Shown here: piece by piece, positions 30,634 to 39,723 of the stretch | Layout: the number at the start of each line of letters is the position of its first letter | Position numbering within the stretch: position 1 is the first letter of the stretch | Source of the DNA: Candidatus Cloacimonadales bacterium | GTDB taxonomy: Bacteria > Cloacimonadota > Cloacimonadia > Cloacimonadales > JAFGVF01 | Assembly: GCA_963677495.2 (NCBI GenBank) | Contig: CAXXOU010000004.1 | Coordinates: 192,001-256,000, forward strand | Direction: 5' to 3' | DNA: 64,000 nucleotides | Notes under the pieces: model-generated | Databases searched by the model: none | Told to the model about the DNA's origin: nothing | Seen by the model: the letters and a program-made list of their open reading frames with translations, nothing else | Position numbers and translations under genes: made by a program

Positions 30634-31014
30634 ATGACAGTAAAAGATGATTTATATTACACAGAATCTCATGAATGGGTCAAAGTTGAAGGCGACGTGG
30701 CTTACATTGGTATCACCGATTTTGCACAGCAAGAGCTTGGTGAAATAGTTTATGTAGAGCTTCCAGAAGTTGGTGATAGTGTATCTTCAGATGAACCATT
30801 TGGTTCAGTAGAGACATCAAAAGCTGTTGAAGATGTTAACTCACCAATCAGTGGTGAAGTTATTGAAATTAATTCTGACCTTGAAGACAATGCAGAATTA
30901 GTAAACACTAGTCCTTATGGTGAAGGTTGGATGATCAAAGTTCAGCTTAGCGATAAAGAGGAAATCGAACAGCTTTTAAGCGCTTCTGAATATAAGAACG
31001 TTATTGAAGGCTAA
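30634..31014 (+). CDS. gcvH: Glycine cleavage system H protein
   Basis: HEWV, GITDFAQQELG, lipoyl-Lys in VETSKAV, PYGEGW; start at MTVK after GGAGG. Confidence 0.95.
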   Translation: MTVKDDLYYTESHEWVKVEGDVAYIGITDFAQQELGEIVYVELPEVGDSVSSDEPFGSVETSKAVEDVNSPISGEVIEINSDLEDNAELVNTSPYGEGWMIKVQLSDKEEIEQLLSASEYKNVIEG

Positions 31015-31068
31015 ACGAATTAACTTTTAGGAAAGCCGTTACTTCGGTAACGGCTTCATTTTATAATT

Positions 31069-31695
31069 ATGAATAGAAAAGATTATTGCCCGACCAAACC
31101 CTTTCTGATTATCTTGTCTGCTCCTTCCGGTGGTGGAAAATCCACTATCTTGGGTGAGATACTCAAGGAGAATGGAAATATTGATTATTCCATCTCCTAT
31201 ACTACTCGAGCACCTCGTGGTGAAGAGAAAGATGGTGTTCACTATTTCTTCGTAACAGAGGAGAAGTTCAAAGAGATGATAGATGCCGGTGATTTCCTTG
31301 AGTATGCCCTTGTGCATGGTAACTATTACGGTACATCTAAAAGCTATATTAAGAGTAGAATCGATGCAGGAAGACATGTAATTATGGATATCGATGTGCA
31401 GGGAGCGAACCAGATAACCAATAGTGATTTGGATATTGTAAAGATATTCATACTTCCCCCTGATAAGTCTGTTTTGGAAGATCGACTACGTAAACGTGGA
31501 ACTGATTCTGATGAAGCTATTAAGAAAAGGTTGACAAATGCAGACGTTGAATTGGGTTATATCAAAGACTATGAGTATGTGATAATTAATGATGAGTTGT
31601 CTCAAGCTGTGGAGGATGTAAAAACAATCATCTCAGCAGAAGAGCTCACACGAGAAAGATATTCTGAAATAGATACAAAATTCTACAGAGGTTAA
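31069..31695 (+). CDS. gmk: Guanylate kinase
   Basis: APSGGGKST, SYTTRAPRGEEKDGVHYFF, HGNYYGT, DIDVQGA. Confidence 0.97.
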   Translation: MNRKDYCPTKPFLIILSAPSGGGKSTILGEILKENGNIDYSISYTTRAPRGEEKDGVHYFFVTEEKFKEMIDAGDFLEYALVHGNYYGTSKSYIKSRIDAGRHVIMDIDVQGANQITNSDLDIVKIFILPPDKSVLEDRLRKRGTDSDEAIKKRLTNADVELGYIKDYEYVIINDELSQAVEDVKTIISAEELTRERYSEIDTKFYRG

Positions 31696-31696
31696 G

Positions 31697-32005
31697 ATGA
31701 TTAATTCAAAAATCGAGAAGTTTCTTGAAAATCATAACATGAACTACCTTTTCTGCTTACTCTCAAACAAAGAGGTGCAGAGATTAAATGATCTTCCTGA
31801 GTTTGTAAGAAATAAATTCATGAAGAAACTTACTGAAGTTGCAATGGAACATGTTGCTGTAAATGATATTCCTGACTATTTGGAAGAGATTGAACAGCAC
31901 ATGGCTCTTGAAGAGGAGAAACGTCTTGCTGCTATGCAGGATGAAGATATTGATGAAGATGATGACAATATCGAAGAACTCCCATTCGTAATGGATGACA
32001 TGTAG
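31697..32005 (+). CDS. Probable divergent RNA polymerase omega subunit with acidic tail
   Basis: Immediately after gmk; IEKFL...NYLFCLLSNKEVQRLN...KKLTEVAMEHV fits the omega pattern loosely. Confidence 0.5.
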   Translation: MINSKIEKFLENHNMNYLFCLLSNKEVQRLNDLPEFVRNKFMKKLTEVAMEHVAVNDIPDYLEEIEQHMALEEEKRLAAMQDEDIDEDDDNIEELPFVMDDM

Positions 32006-32027
32006 ATTAACAATTGACTGTTAATCA

Positions 32028-32702
32028 ATGAAAAAAGCAGTTAAACAATACTTAGAACTACTCGGGCTCTCAGGTATCGAATACCTGAGAAAGCCTGAAG
32101 AGATTAAACCCCCAACTCTTACTCCCGAACAAAAGGGACTGCATTTAGAGCATCTCAGAAAGCAGTACGCCAACTGTAAAAAGTGTAAACTTCATCAGGG
32201 TAGAACCAACTTTGTTTATGGAAACGGTAATCCGGATGCTAGACTTGTCTTGATTGGTGAAGGTCCGGGTGAACAAGAGGATAAGACCGGTGAGGTATTT
32301 GTAGGCCCAGCCGGACAATTACTAACAAAGATGTTGGCAGCGATAAACCTATCTCGAGAGGATGTATACATTTGCAATATAGTTAAATGTAGACCACCTG
32401 CTAACAGAAACCCTGAACCTGATGAAGTAAAAGCATGCAGAGATTATCTTGTGGAACAGATAAGGATTATTCAACCTGAATATATACTTCTGTTGGGAAG
32501 AGTTGCTGCACATAATCTACTGGAGACTGGTGATCCTTTAAGTAGATTACGAGGAAACAATTTCAAATTTGAAGGTGCAAACGTTCTTGCAACTTACCAT
32601 CCTTCAGCATTATTAAGAAACCCTACATTCAAAAAAGGTGCCTGGGTAGATCTTCAAAGACTAAGAGATCTAATGGGCATTGCTCCAAAATCGAACAAGT
32701 AA
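32028..32702 (+). CDS. Uracil-DNA glycosylase, family 4
   Basis: CKKCKL, GEGPG, FVGPAG, KCRPPANRNP, TYHPSALLR. Confidence 0.93.
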   Translation: MKKAVKQYLELLGLSGIEYLRKPEEIKPPTLTPEQKGLHLEHLRKQYANCKKCKLHQGRTNFVYGNGNPDARLVLIGEGPGEQEDKTGEVFVGPAGQLLTKMLAAINLSREDVYICNIVKCRPPANRNPEPDEVKACRDYLVEQIRIIQPEYILLLGRVAAHNLLETGDPLSRLRGNNFKFEGANVLATYHPSALLRNPTFKKGAWVDLQRLRDLMGIAPKSNK

Positions 32703-32906
32703 ACTTCAAAACTAAACCCGAAAGCAGTTAAACGTAACGTTAAAATGTCAAAAATTAGTTAAAACTAAACCTACCTTTTCTCTTGGTATTTATAGTATTT
32801 ACGATTTTTTGAAAAAAGCTTTACTAAAAGATATTGCCTAATTTTGTGGGTTGCAATTACCTAAGTATATAAATATGAATAAATAAAATAGTAATCGGGA
32901 GGATTT

Positions 32907-34457
32907 ATGAACGTTCCGAAAAAGATTACCGAACTGCGTAGCTTAAGAGATAAAGCGATGCTCGGTGGCGGTCAGAAGCGAATTGATGCCCAGCATGCTA
33001 AAGGTAAACTCACAGCACGTGAGCGTATTGACCTTTTAGTGGATGAGGACAGTTTTGAAGAGTTTGACCTTTTCGTGAAGCACAATTGCCATAACTTTGG
33101 TATGGAAGAAAACCGTATTGCAGGTGATGGTGTTATTACCGGTTGTGGTACTGTTAATGGTAGACTAGTATTCCTTTTTGCACAAGATTTCACCGTATTT
33201 GGTGGCTCATTATCAAAAACTTATGCAGAAAAGATTTGTAAAATCCAGGATATGGCAATGAAAGCCGGTGCTCCGGTTATCGGCCTAAACGATTCCGGTG
33301 GTGCTAGAATCCAGGAAGGCGTTGAAGCTCTTGCAGGTTATGCAGAGATTTTCTATCGCAATGTGATGGCTTCAGGTGTAATCCCTCAAATCTCAGCTAT
33401 TCTCGGACCTTGTGCCGGTGGTGCTGTGTATTCTCCTGCGATTACTGACTTTATTATCATGAATAAAAAGAACAGCTATATGTTCGTTACCGGACCTAAA
33501 GTTGTTAAGACTGTGCTTAATCAGGATACAACTCCTGATGCTCTTGGTGGTGCGATGGTACACGCAACTAAGAGTGGTGTTACTCACTTTGTTACTGATA
33601 GTGAAGAGGAGACAATTCTTCTTATAAAGAAACTTCTTAGCTATATCCCATCAAACAATCTTGAGTCACCCCCTGTTGTTACTTCATCTGATCCTGTTAG
33701 TAGACCTTGTGATGAGTTGAATACAATTATTCCTGATAATCCAAACAAACCTTATGACATCTTAGATGTTATTCATACAATAGCTGATGATGGTGAGTTC
33801 TGTGAAATTCATAGAAACTATGCCCAGAACGTTGTTGTTGGTTTCGGTAGACTTAACGGACATACAGTCGGTTTTGTTGCAAACCAACCTAAGTTCCTTG
33901 CCGGTGTGCTTGATATTAATGCCTCAAACAAAGCTGCAAGATTCATCAGATTCTGTGACTCATTTAATATCCCATTAGTTGTGCTTGAAGATGTACCGGG
34001 TTTCCTTCCGGGACAGAATCAGGAACATAATGGTATTATCAGTAATGGTGCAAAACTACTTTATGCTTTTGCTGAAGCTACTGTTCCAAAGATTACAGTT
34101 ATTCTTAGAAAAGCGTATGGTGGTGCATACTGTGTTATGAACAGTCGTCACATGAGAGCAGATATGGTTTATGCTTGGCCATCAGCTGAGATTGCAGTTA
34201 TGGGACCAGCCGGTGCTGTTGAAGTTATCTTCAGAAAAGAGGCTAAGAACTCAGACAATCCAAAACAGGTTCTTCTTGATAAAGAAAACGAGTATCGTGA
34301 TAAGTTTGCTAATCCATATAATGCTGCTGAACGTGGTTATGTTGATGATGTTATTGAACCATCAAGAACAAGATTCAGACTTATTAGAGCTCTTGAAATG
34401 TTAGCAACTAAGAAGGATGTCATCCCTGCCAGAAAACATGGTAACATCCCATTATAG
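32907..34457 (+). CDS. mmdA: Methylmalonyl-CoA decarboxylase alpha (carboxyltransferase) subunit
   Basis: [45 protein letters not shown]; followed by delta/gamma/beta genes. Confidence 0.88.
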   Translation: MNVPKKITELRSLRDKAMLGGGQKRIDAQHAKGKLTARERIDLLVDEDSFEEFDLFVKHNCHNFGMEENRIAGDGVITGCGTVNGRLVFLFAQDFTVFGGSLSKTYAEKICKIQDMAMKAGAPVIGLNDSGGARIQEGVEALAGYAEIFYRNVMASGVIPQISAILGPCAGGAVYSPAITDFIIMNKKNSYMFVTGPKVVKTVLNQDTTPDALGGAMVHATKSGVTHFVTDSEEETILLIKKLLSYIPSNNLESPPVVTSSDPVSRPCDELNTIIPDNPNKPYDILDVIHTIADDGEFCEIHRNYAQNVVVGFGRLNGHTVGFVANQPKFLAGVLDINASNKAARFIRFCDSFNIPLVVLEDVPGFLPGQNQEHNGIISNGAKLLYAFAEATVPKITVILRKAYGGAYCVMNSRHMRADMVYAWPSAEIAVMGPAGAVEVIFRKEAKNSDNPKQVLLDKENEYRDKFANPYNAAERGYVDDVIEPSRTRFRLIRALEMLATKKDVIPARKHGNIPL

Positions 34458-34465
34458 GTAATATT

Positions 34466-35149
34466 ATGAAAAGCAAAATATTAATCACACTTATCATGCT
34501 CATACTTGGTTCTTTCCTTTTTGCAGAACCGGTTAAAGTTATAGGTGTGTTTTGTGGAGAAAAGCAGGAGTTCACTGTTCAAGCTGGAGAAACTCTTTCT
34601 CAAATCTGTGATAAACTGAATATCCCTGTTAAGAAGATAAAATCATTATTGCAGACTGAACTTGATGCTTACAATGAAGCTAATAATCAGGATTTGCCTA
34701 ACTATCATAGAGATTGGGATGCAAAGACTTTAGCAGATCTAAAGGTTACTCCTGAAAGGTTTAAAGAGGTTTATCAGAAGTTCATTGATGAAAGATATGA
34801 GTTTGGTGGCAATATTACTATAGTTGGAATCTCAGTTGTGTTCGTGAGTTTACTTGTAATCTGCCTTCTCATCGGACTCTTTGAGCATATTGGTAAAGAA
34901 AGAAAGCCTAAAACTAAGTCTAAAACAGTTGCAACTTCAGTTGGAAACGTTACCGGTGATGCAGAATCAATGAGTTCTAATTCAATAGTAGCAGTCATAA
35001 TCGCTTTGCATAAGTATAGAACAGAAATAGAAGAGCGTCGTAAAATAATGCTTACTTTCAAAAGAACTCCGGTTTCATTATGGGGTTCACATAACAAAGG
35101 TGATATGCCAAACTATAACTTTAATCAACCTACACGAGGTCGTAAATAA
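34466..35149 (+). CDS. OadG/MmdD-family delta subunit with N-terminal exported extension
   Basis: TM ITIVGISVVFVSLLVICLLI, VAVIIALH, SLW motif; operon position. Confidence 0.7.
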   Translation: MKSKILITLIMLILGSFLFAEPVKVIGVFCGEKQEFTVQAGETLSQICDKLNIPVKKIKSLLQTELDAYNEANNQDLPNYHRDWDAKTLADLKVTPERFKEVYQKFIDERYEFGGNITIVGISVVFVSLLVICLLIGLFEHIGKERKPKTKSKTVATSVGNVTGDAESMSSNSIVAVIIALHKYRTEIEERRKIMLTFKRTPVSLWGSHNKGDMPNYNFNQPTRGRK

Positions 35150-35886
35150 TGAAAAGATATAATCTTAAGATAAATGGTGAGACTTACAGCGCCTATATAG
35201 TTAGTTATCATGATTCAGGTGCTGTTGTTGAGGTTAATGGTAATAAGTTCTCAGTAGAGTTCTTAGAAGATGGTTCTGCTTCAATTCCAAAGATTGAGCG
35301 TTCTGCTCGTGAGTTACCTGCAACTCCTGAATTTGAAAACAATAATGATAGCGATGGTAGCATTTACTCTCCAATCCCGGGTGTGATTGTAAAAGTACTT
35401 GCTGAAGAGGGTGAGGAAGTTAAGAAAGGTCAGCCTATTGTGATTCTTGAAGCTATGAAGATGGAATCAGAGATTCCTGCACCTTGTAATGGTAAGATTG
35501 CTGAGATTCTTGTAAAAGAGAAAGCTCCTGTTACTGAAGGTCAGCTCATGGTGAAAGTTACACCTTCTAACAAACCTGCACCTGCTCAGAAACCTAAACC
35601 TCAGCCAAAGAAAAAAGCACCTGTTCAAGCTCCTGTAGCTCCTGCTCCAACTCCTGCACCTTCAGCCGGAGGAAAAGGTGTTTCAGCTCCTATTCCAGGC
35701 ACTATACTTGGTATTAAAGTTAAAGTTGGTGACAGAGTTAATGCAGGTGACCCTGTAATCATCCTTGAAGCAATGAAAATGGAATCAGAGATTTCATCAG
35801 AATATGCCGGAACAGTTACTAACATCAGATTCAACACAGGCGACGCTGTGCAAGAAGGTGATGTTATGATAGAATTAGGAGACTAA
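35149..35886 (+). CDS. mmdC: Biotin carboxyl carrier (gamma) subunit with two biotinyl domains
   Basis: Two LEAMKMESEI motifs separated by a Pro/Ala/Lys linker. Confidence 0.85.
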   Translation: MKRYNLKINGETYSAYIVSYHDSGAVVEVNGNKFSVEFLEDGSASIPKIERSARELPATPEFENNNDSDGSIYSPIPGVIVKVLAEEGEEVKKGQPIVILEAMKMESEIPAPCNGKIAEILVKEKAPVTEGQLMVKVTPSNKPAPAQKPKPQPKKKAPVQAPVAPAPTPAPSAGGKGVSAPIPGTILGIKVKVGDRVNAGDPVIILEAMKMESEISSEYAGTVTNIRFNTGDAVQEGDVMIELGD

Positions 35887-35888
35887 TC

Positions 35889-37016
35889 ATGCAAGAAATG
35901 GTGAATTTCTTTCACACTACCGGATTTGCTAACTTCAATCTTGGATACTTCTCCATGATTGTTATCGGTTTAGTATTTATCTATCTTGGTATTGCTAAAC
36001 ATTATGAGCCACTTTTACTTGTCCCTATCGGGTTCGGTATTGTGGTTGGTAACATTCCCGGTATATCAATGCAGGGACAGAGTGTCTATGACACCGGTTC
36101 TGTTATGTACTACCTTTATCAAGGCGTTAGTAGAGGTTATTATCCTCCGCTTATCTTCCTCGGTATTGGTGCTATGACAGACTTCTCGACCTTGATTGCT
36201 AATCCGAAGCTAATTCTACTCGGTGCAGCTGCTCAGGCCGGTATCTTTATTACATTTATCGGATCACTACTATTAGGCTTCAACCTTATGGAAGCAGCAT
36301 CTATTGGTATTATCGGTGGTGCTGATGGTCCTACATCTATATATATAGCATCTAAGCTTGCACCTCATCTTCTTGGTGCTATTGCTGTGGCTGCTTATTC
36401 ATATATGGCACTTGTGCCTGTGATTCAACCACCTATCATGAGACTTCTTACCACCAAGAAAGAGCGTGTTATCAAGATGAAGACACCTCGTATTGTCTCT
36501 AAACGTGAAAAGATTATCTTCCCAATAGTGGCTATGATTATCACTACTTTCATCGCTCCGGGTGGTATCGCACTTCTCTCTATGCTTTTCTTCGGAAACT
36601 TACTTAAAGAGTGTGGTGTTACAGAACGTCTTGCCAACACTGCAAGAACATCCATGAACGATATGGTTGTGATTCTGCTTGGTTTCACAGTTGGTGCATC
36701 TACAAATGCTAAATACTTCTTGAATGTGACTTCTATCAAGATCTTCCTGCTTGGTGCTTTCTCATTCTGTATTGCAACAGCATTTGGTGTACTTTTTGCC
36801 AAGTTCATGAACCTTTTCCTCAAAGAAAAAATCAATCCGCTTATCGGTAATGCAGGTGTTTCAGCTGTGCCTGATTCAGCTCGTGTTTCACAGGTAATCG
36901 GACAGGAATATAATAAGTCAAACTACCTTCTTATGCATGCTATGGCTCCAAACGTTGCCGGTGTTATCGGTTCCGCTGTTGCTGCTGGTGTGATGCTTGG
37001 TATTTTGGCTCATTAA
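35889..37016 (+). CDS. mmdB: Na+-translocating decarboxylase beta subunit
   Basis: EPLLLVPIGFG, GIIGGADGPTSIY, GVSAVPDSARV, NVAGVIGS. Confidence 0.9.
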   Translation: MQEMVNFFHTTGFANFNLGYFSMIVIGLVFIYLGIAKHYEPLLLVPIGFGIVVGNIPGISMQGQSVYDTGSVMYYLYQGVSRGYYPPLIFLGIGAMTDFSTLIANPKLILLGAAAQAGIFITFIGSLLLGFNLMEAASIGIIGGADGPTSIYIASKLAPHLLGAIAVAAYSYMALVPVIQPPIMRLLTTKKERVIKMKTPRIVSKREKIIFPIVAMIITTFIAPGGIALLSMLFFGNLLKECGVTERLANTARTSMNDMVVILLGFTVGASTNAKYFLNVTSIKIFLLGAFSFCIATAFGVLFAKFMNLFLKEKINPLIGNAGVSAVPDSARVSQVIGQEYNKSNYLLMHAMAPNVAGVIGSAVAAGVMLGILAH

Positions 37017-37041
37017 TAGATAAAAAGTAAACCATTCTTCC

Positions 37042-37075
37042 AAAAGCCTATTCTTGAAAAGGAATAGGCTTTTTT
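37042..37075 (+). terminator. Terminator of the mmd operon
   Basis: AAAAGCCTATTC...GAATAGGCTTTTTT. Confidence 0.85.
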
Positions 37076-37077
37076 GT

Positions 37078-37607
37078 TGTCATGCTGAGCGAAGTGAGTT
37101 TTGCGAACGCAGTCGAACCGAAGACCATCGGGAGGAGCTCGCTTGCCGAAGGCGAGCAACTATTTATCTCTCCGATAACTTTAGTCTCCAAACTAAATAA
37201 GAGCTATTTTCCGAAGGAAAACATTCATAAGATAAGTCAATACTGCAACAGATATCCACTAAAGCCACCGGAGCGAACTGTTCAACTTCGCTCAGGGTGA
37301 CAAACACGGGAGCGGTCACCTGTGTGAGTTTGCGAGCATGGAGAATTGCGTAATAGGTTTCATTCACGAACTTCGAAGTACGTAATTCTCCGAACTTCTT
37401 TCAGTCGTAATGGTGACCGCTTTCGTAAGTGTACACAGTGCCTTTTTCAACAACTTACGGCATTTCAGGGAGTTTGTCGGCCTGATAAGGCAACGGACTT
37501 CCTAAAATGCACTTCGAAGTGGCTATTCCTGATTTCGTTCTCGCGTCACGCTATCGCTGCAACGCAAGTCCGAAATTGACATACACAGCGCCTTTTTCAA
37601 CAACTTA
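37078..37607. repeat. Cluster of palindromic/dispersed REP-like repeats
   Basis: IR TGTCATGCTGAGCGAAGT (37078) / ACTTCGCTCAGGGTGACA (37285-37302); segments shared with 50190-50230 and 51969-52028; 26-bp direct repeat at 37432/37582. Confidence 0.7.
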
Positions 37608-37651
37608 GCTATATTTATTGCCCTTTTAGCTCTCTTTTACTGCTCTATCCA

Positions 37652-37760
37652 TCAACGCACTGTGCTCCCACTGTGCACGCACTGTGAAGGCACTGCCAAC
37701 CCACTGTTTCACTGGGTGCACAGTGCGTGCACAGTGGGAAAACAGTGGGATGACTGTGTT
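37652..37760. repeat. Inverted 11-bp-period array CACTGT/ACAGTG (copy D)
   Basis: CACTG[T/C] at 37658, 37669, 37680, 37691, 37702; ACAGTG at 37720, 37731, 37742 and ACTGTG at 37753. Confidence 0.85.
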
Positions 37761-37839
37761 TTGGTAAAAAGTTTACAGGAAGTTTGCGATATCGAAAATG
37801 ATGTATAAAAGTATAACAGTGATAGAACTGAGAAATATC

Positions 37840-37881
37840 TTGACTGAATTAAGTAGCTCTTAATAATTAAGCGTTACTTAA
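37840..37881 (+). promoter_or_regulatory. Putative promoter overlapped by two TTAAG-N5-CTTAA operators
   Basis: TTGACT at 37840; palindromes 37849-37863 and 37867-37881 directly upstream of the repressor. Confidence 0.6.
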
Positions 37882-37916
37882 ACTAATAAAAGGTATATAA
37901 TAAAGGAGTGAGACAT

Positions 37917-38591
37917 ATGATTGGAGAAAGAATAGTCGAACTTAGAAAGGAATTTGGGATTTCACAAGCGAAACTAGCTGAACAGTTAGGAGTAAAACCG
38001 GCAGCAGTATCTCAATTTGAAAAGGGTAAAACTAAGCCAGCTATCGAAACATTACTGAACATTGCTGATATTTTTAAAGTTAATCTACATTGGCTCTTGA
38101 AGAATGAGGGACAGAAGTATATAAATAGTACGAGTGAAGAGATACATTTTGTCGATTCACCTGTTTCTTTTAACACTGAGATTGATATGATGGAACTTCC
38201 TGTAGTTGGTGAGATTTCTGCAGGTCAACCACTCCCATGTTATCAAGATGCGGGTGAATCAGTGAAGATTAATGCTAATGAGTTAAGTGGGAATCCTGAT
38301 GATTTTCTCTGCTTTAGAGTAAATGGTGAGAGTATGCAACCTGAAATTATGCATGGAGATAAGGTCCTGATAAGGAAATCAAATGATTGGGATGCAGCTG
38401 AAGGGAAGGTTTGTGCTGTGAGACTTGACGGAGAAATAACCTTGAAGAAACTTGCCTTCAATGAAGATGATAAGAGTATAAGATTGATACCTCTAAACGT
38501 AGAGTTTGAGGATATTATCATAAGACCGGATGAGCATAGTGATATTATGCTGTTAGGCATACTTGTTTATCTCTACAGGAAAATTCAATGA
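37917..38591 (+). CDS. XRE-HTH plus S24 peptidase repressor (CI/LexA-like)
   Basis: SQAKLAEQLGV...SQFEKG HTH; ISAG cleavage site; GESM Ser and TLKK Lys dyad. Confidence 0.9.
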   Translation: MIGERIVELRKEFGISQAKLAEQLGVKPAAVSQFEKGKTKPAIETLLNIADIFKVNLHWLLKNEGQKYINSTSEEIHFVDSPVSFNTEIDMMELPVVGEISAGQPLPCYQDAGESVKINANELSGNPDDFLCFRVNGESMQPEIMHGDKVLIRKSNDWDAAEGKVCAVRLDGEITLKKLAFNEDDKSIRLIPLNVEFEDIIIRPDEHSDIMLLGILVYLYRKIQ

Positions 38592-38603
38592 TAAGGTAGT
38601 TAA

Positions 38604-39386
38604 ATGAAAAGACAGTTGATTAGACATATTATTCAGGGCGTACTCTTCGTTCTAACTTTGGTTTTTATTTATTTTAGTTATACAGGTATACTTGCAACAG
38701 TGCATTCTGTATGCCCGAATGCTGTAGTTTGTTTCGGATTACCGGGTATAATAAACAAGTTTTATGCCTTTGTACCTGCTTTGCTAGTTGGATTAGCTAT
38801 TCTGCTATCTAGTATGTTCTTTGGTAGATGGTTCTGTGGATATGTATGTTTCTTTGGGACACTACAAGAAAAGAGCTTCCAGGCTTTTAGCAAAAAAAAG
38901 AAACTAAAAGAGAAGATGTCACACTATTATGAGAAGAAACTTAGCATAACTAAATACTTGATTCTCATTTTTACAATGATAAGTGCTATCTTCTTTAGTA
39001 TCCATTTTTACCATAAGTTCTGTCCGGTAATTGTAATTACATCATTAAATCATATTAGTTGGCAGGGAATTATAATTGTAGTTGTCTTTACTATAGTTGC
39101 TTTCTTTTCAAGCAGATTTTGGTGCAGGTTTTTATGTCCATATGGAGCGTTAATGAATCTGTTTCAATATTTTGGGAAGCTGTTAAGAGTTCCAAGATTG
39201 AAAATATTCCGTAACCTTGAGCTCTGTGTTGATTGTAATTTGTGTAACAGATCGTGTCCTATGAATATTAGCATATCTGATAAAGAAGTGATAGATGATG
39301 TGAATTGTATACATTGTGGTGAGTGTATAGCCCATTGTCCTAAGAATAAAGGGCTTTTGGAAAAATTTCCAAACAAAAAAAGTTAG
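38604..39386 (+). CDS. Membrane 4Fe-4S binding protein (NapH/MauN-like)
   Basis: GRWFCGYVCFFG, RFWCRFLCPYG, CVDCNLCNRSCP, CIHCGECIAHCP. Confidence 0.88.
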   Translation: MKRQLIRHIIQGVLFVLTLVFIYFSYTGILATVHSVCPNAVVCFGLPGIINKFYAFVPALLVGLAILLSSMFFGRWFCGYVCFFGTLQEKSFQAFSKKKKLKEKMSHYYEKKLSITKYLILIFTMISAIFFSIHFYHKFCPVIVITSLNHISWQGIIIVVVFTIVAFFSSRFWCRFLCPYGALMNLFQYFGKLLRVPRLKIFRNLELCVDCNLCNRSCPMNISISDKEVIDDVNCIHCGECIAHCPKNKGLLEKFPNKKS

Positions 39387-39615
39387 AGTTATGGATAAAA
39401 GTCCAAAACAGTAGTTAAAGAGTTAAAATACAGTAAGATATAATGTGTTAAAGTTCTTTAAAATGTTCCAACATGGCGTTGTAACTCTTTGTTAGAAGGA
39501 AATTTATAAAAAAGTAGTTGACAACTGTTTGCTTTTGATTAAATTGTATACTGTACTTAGTGATAGATAAGTGATGAATTAATTGGCCTACAGACCCTAC
39601 ATAGAATGCCCTCCG

Positions 39616-39654
39616 AACACAACGGTTGCCTCCCGGTAATCGTTGTGTTTTTTT
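39616..39654 (+). terminator. Terminator-like hairpin in the glmS 5' leader
   Basis: AACACAACGGTTGCC-tccc-GGTAATCGTTGTGTT followed by T-run; TTGACA at about 39518 upstream. Confidence 0.65.
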
Positions 39655-39723
39655 ATTGGACAAAAATCTCTCTTATCATATCTTCAAATCAAGAATACTA
39701 AAATCAAAGATGAGGTACTAAGA

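Noticed and set aside
37082..37579. Short ORFs over the repeat cluster, and similar ones at 8605, 20482, 46271 and 50236
   Set aside because: They lie on palindromic repeats, lack RBS and protein motifs, and are probably spurious.
37652..37760. Periodic arrays as CRISPR
   Set aside because: The period is 11 bp with 5-6 bp cores; there are no 25-40 bp repeats with spacers and no cas genes.
37908..39386. Prophage around the CI-like repressor
   Set aside because: No integrase, cro, replication or structural genes are adjacent.
39560..39723. Canonical glmS ribozyme
   Set aside because: Catalytic core motifs were not found; only a short GCCTCCCGG similarity.
39643..39723. N-terminal extension of GlmS in the ORF track
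   Set aside because: GlmS needs Cys at the mature N-terminus; the true start is MCGIVG at 39724.
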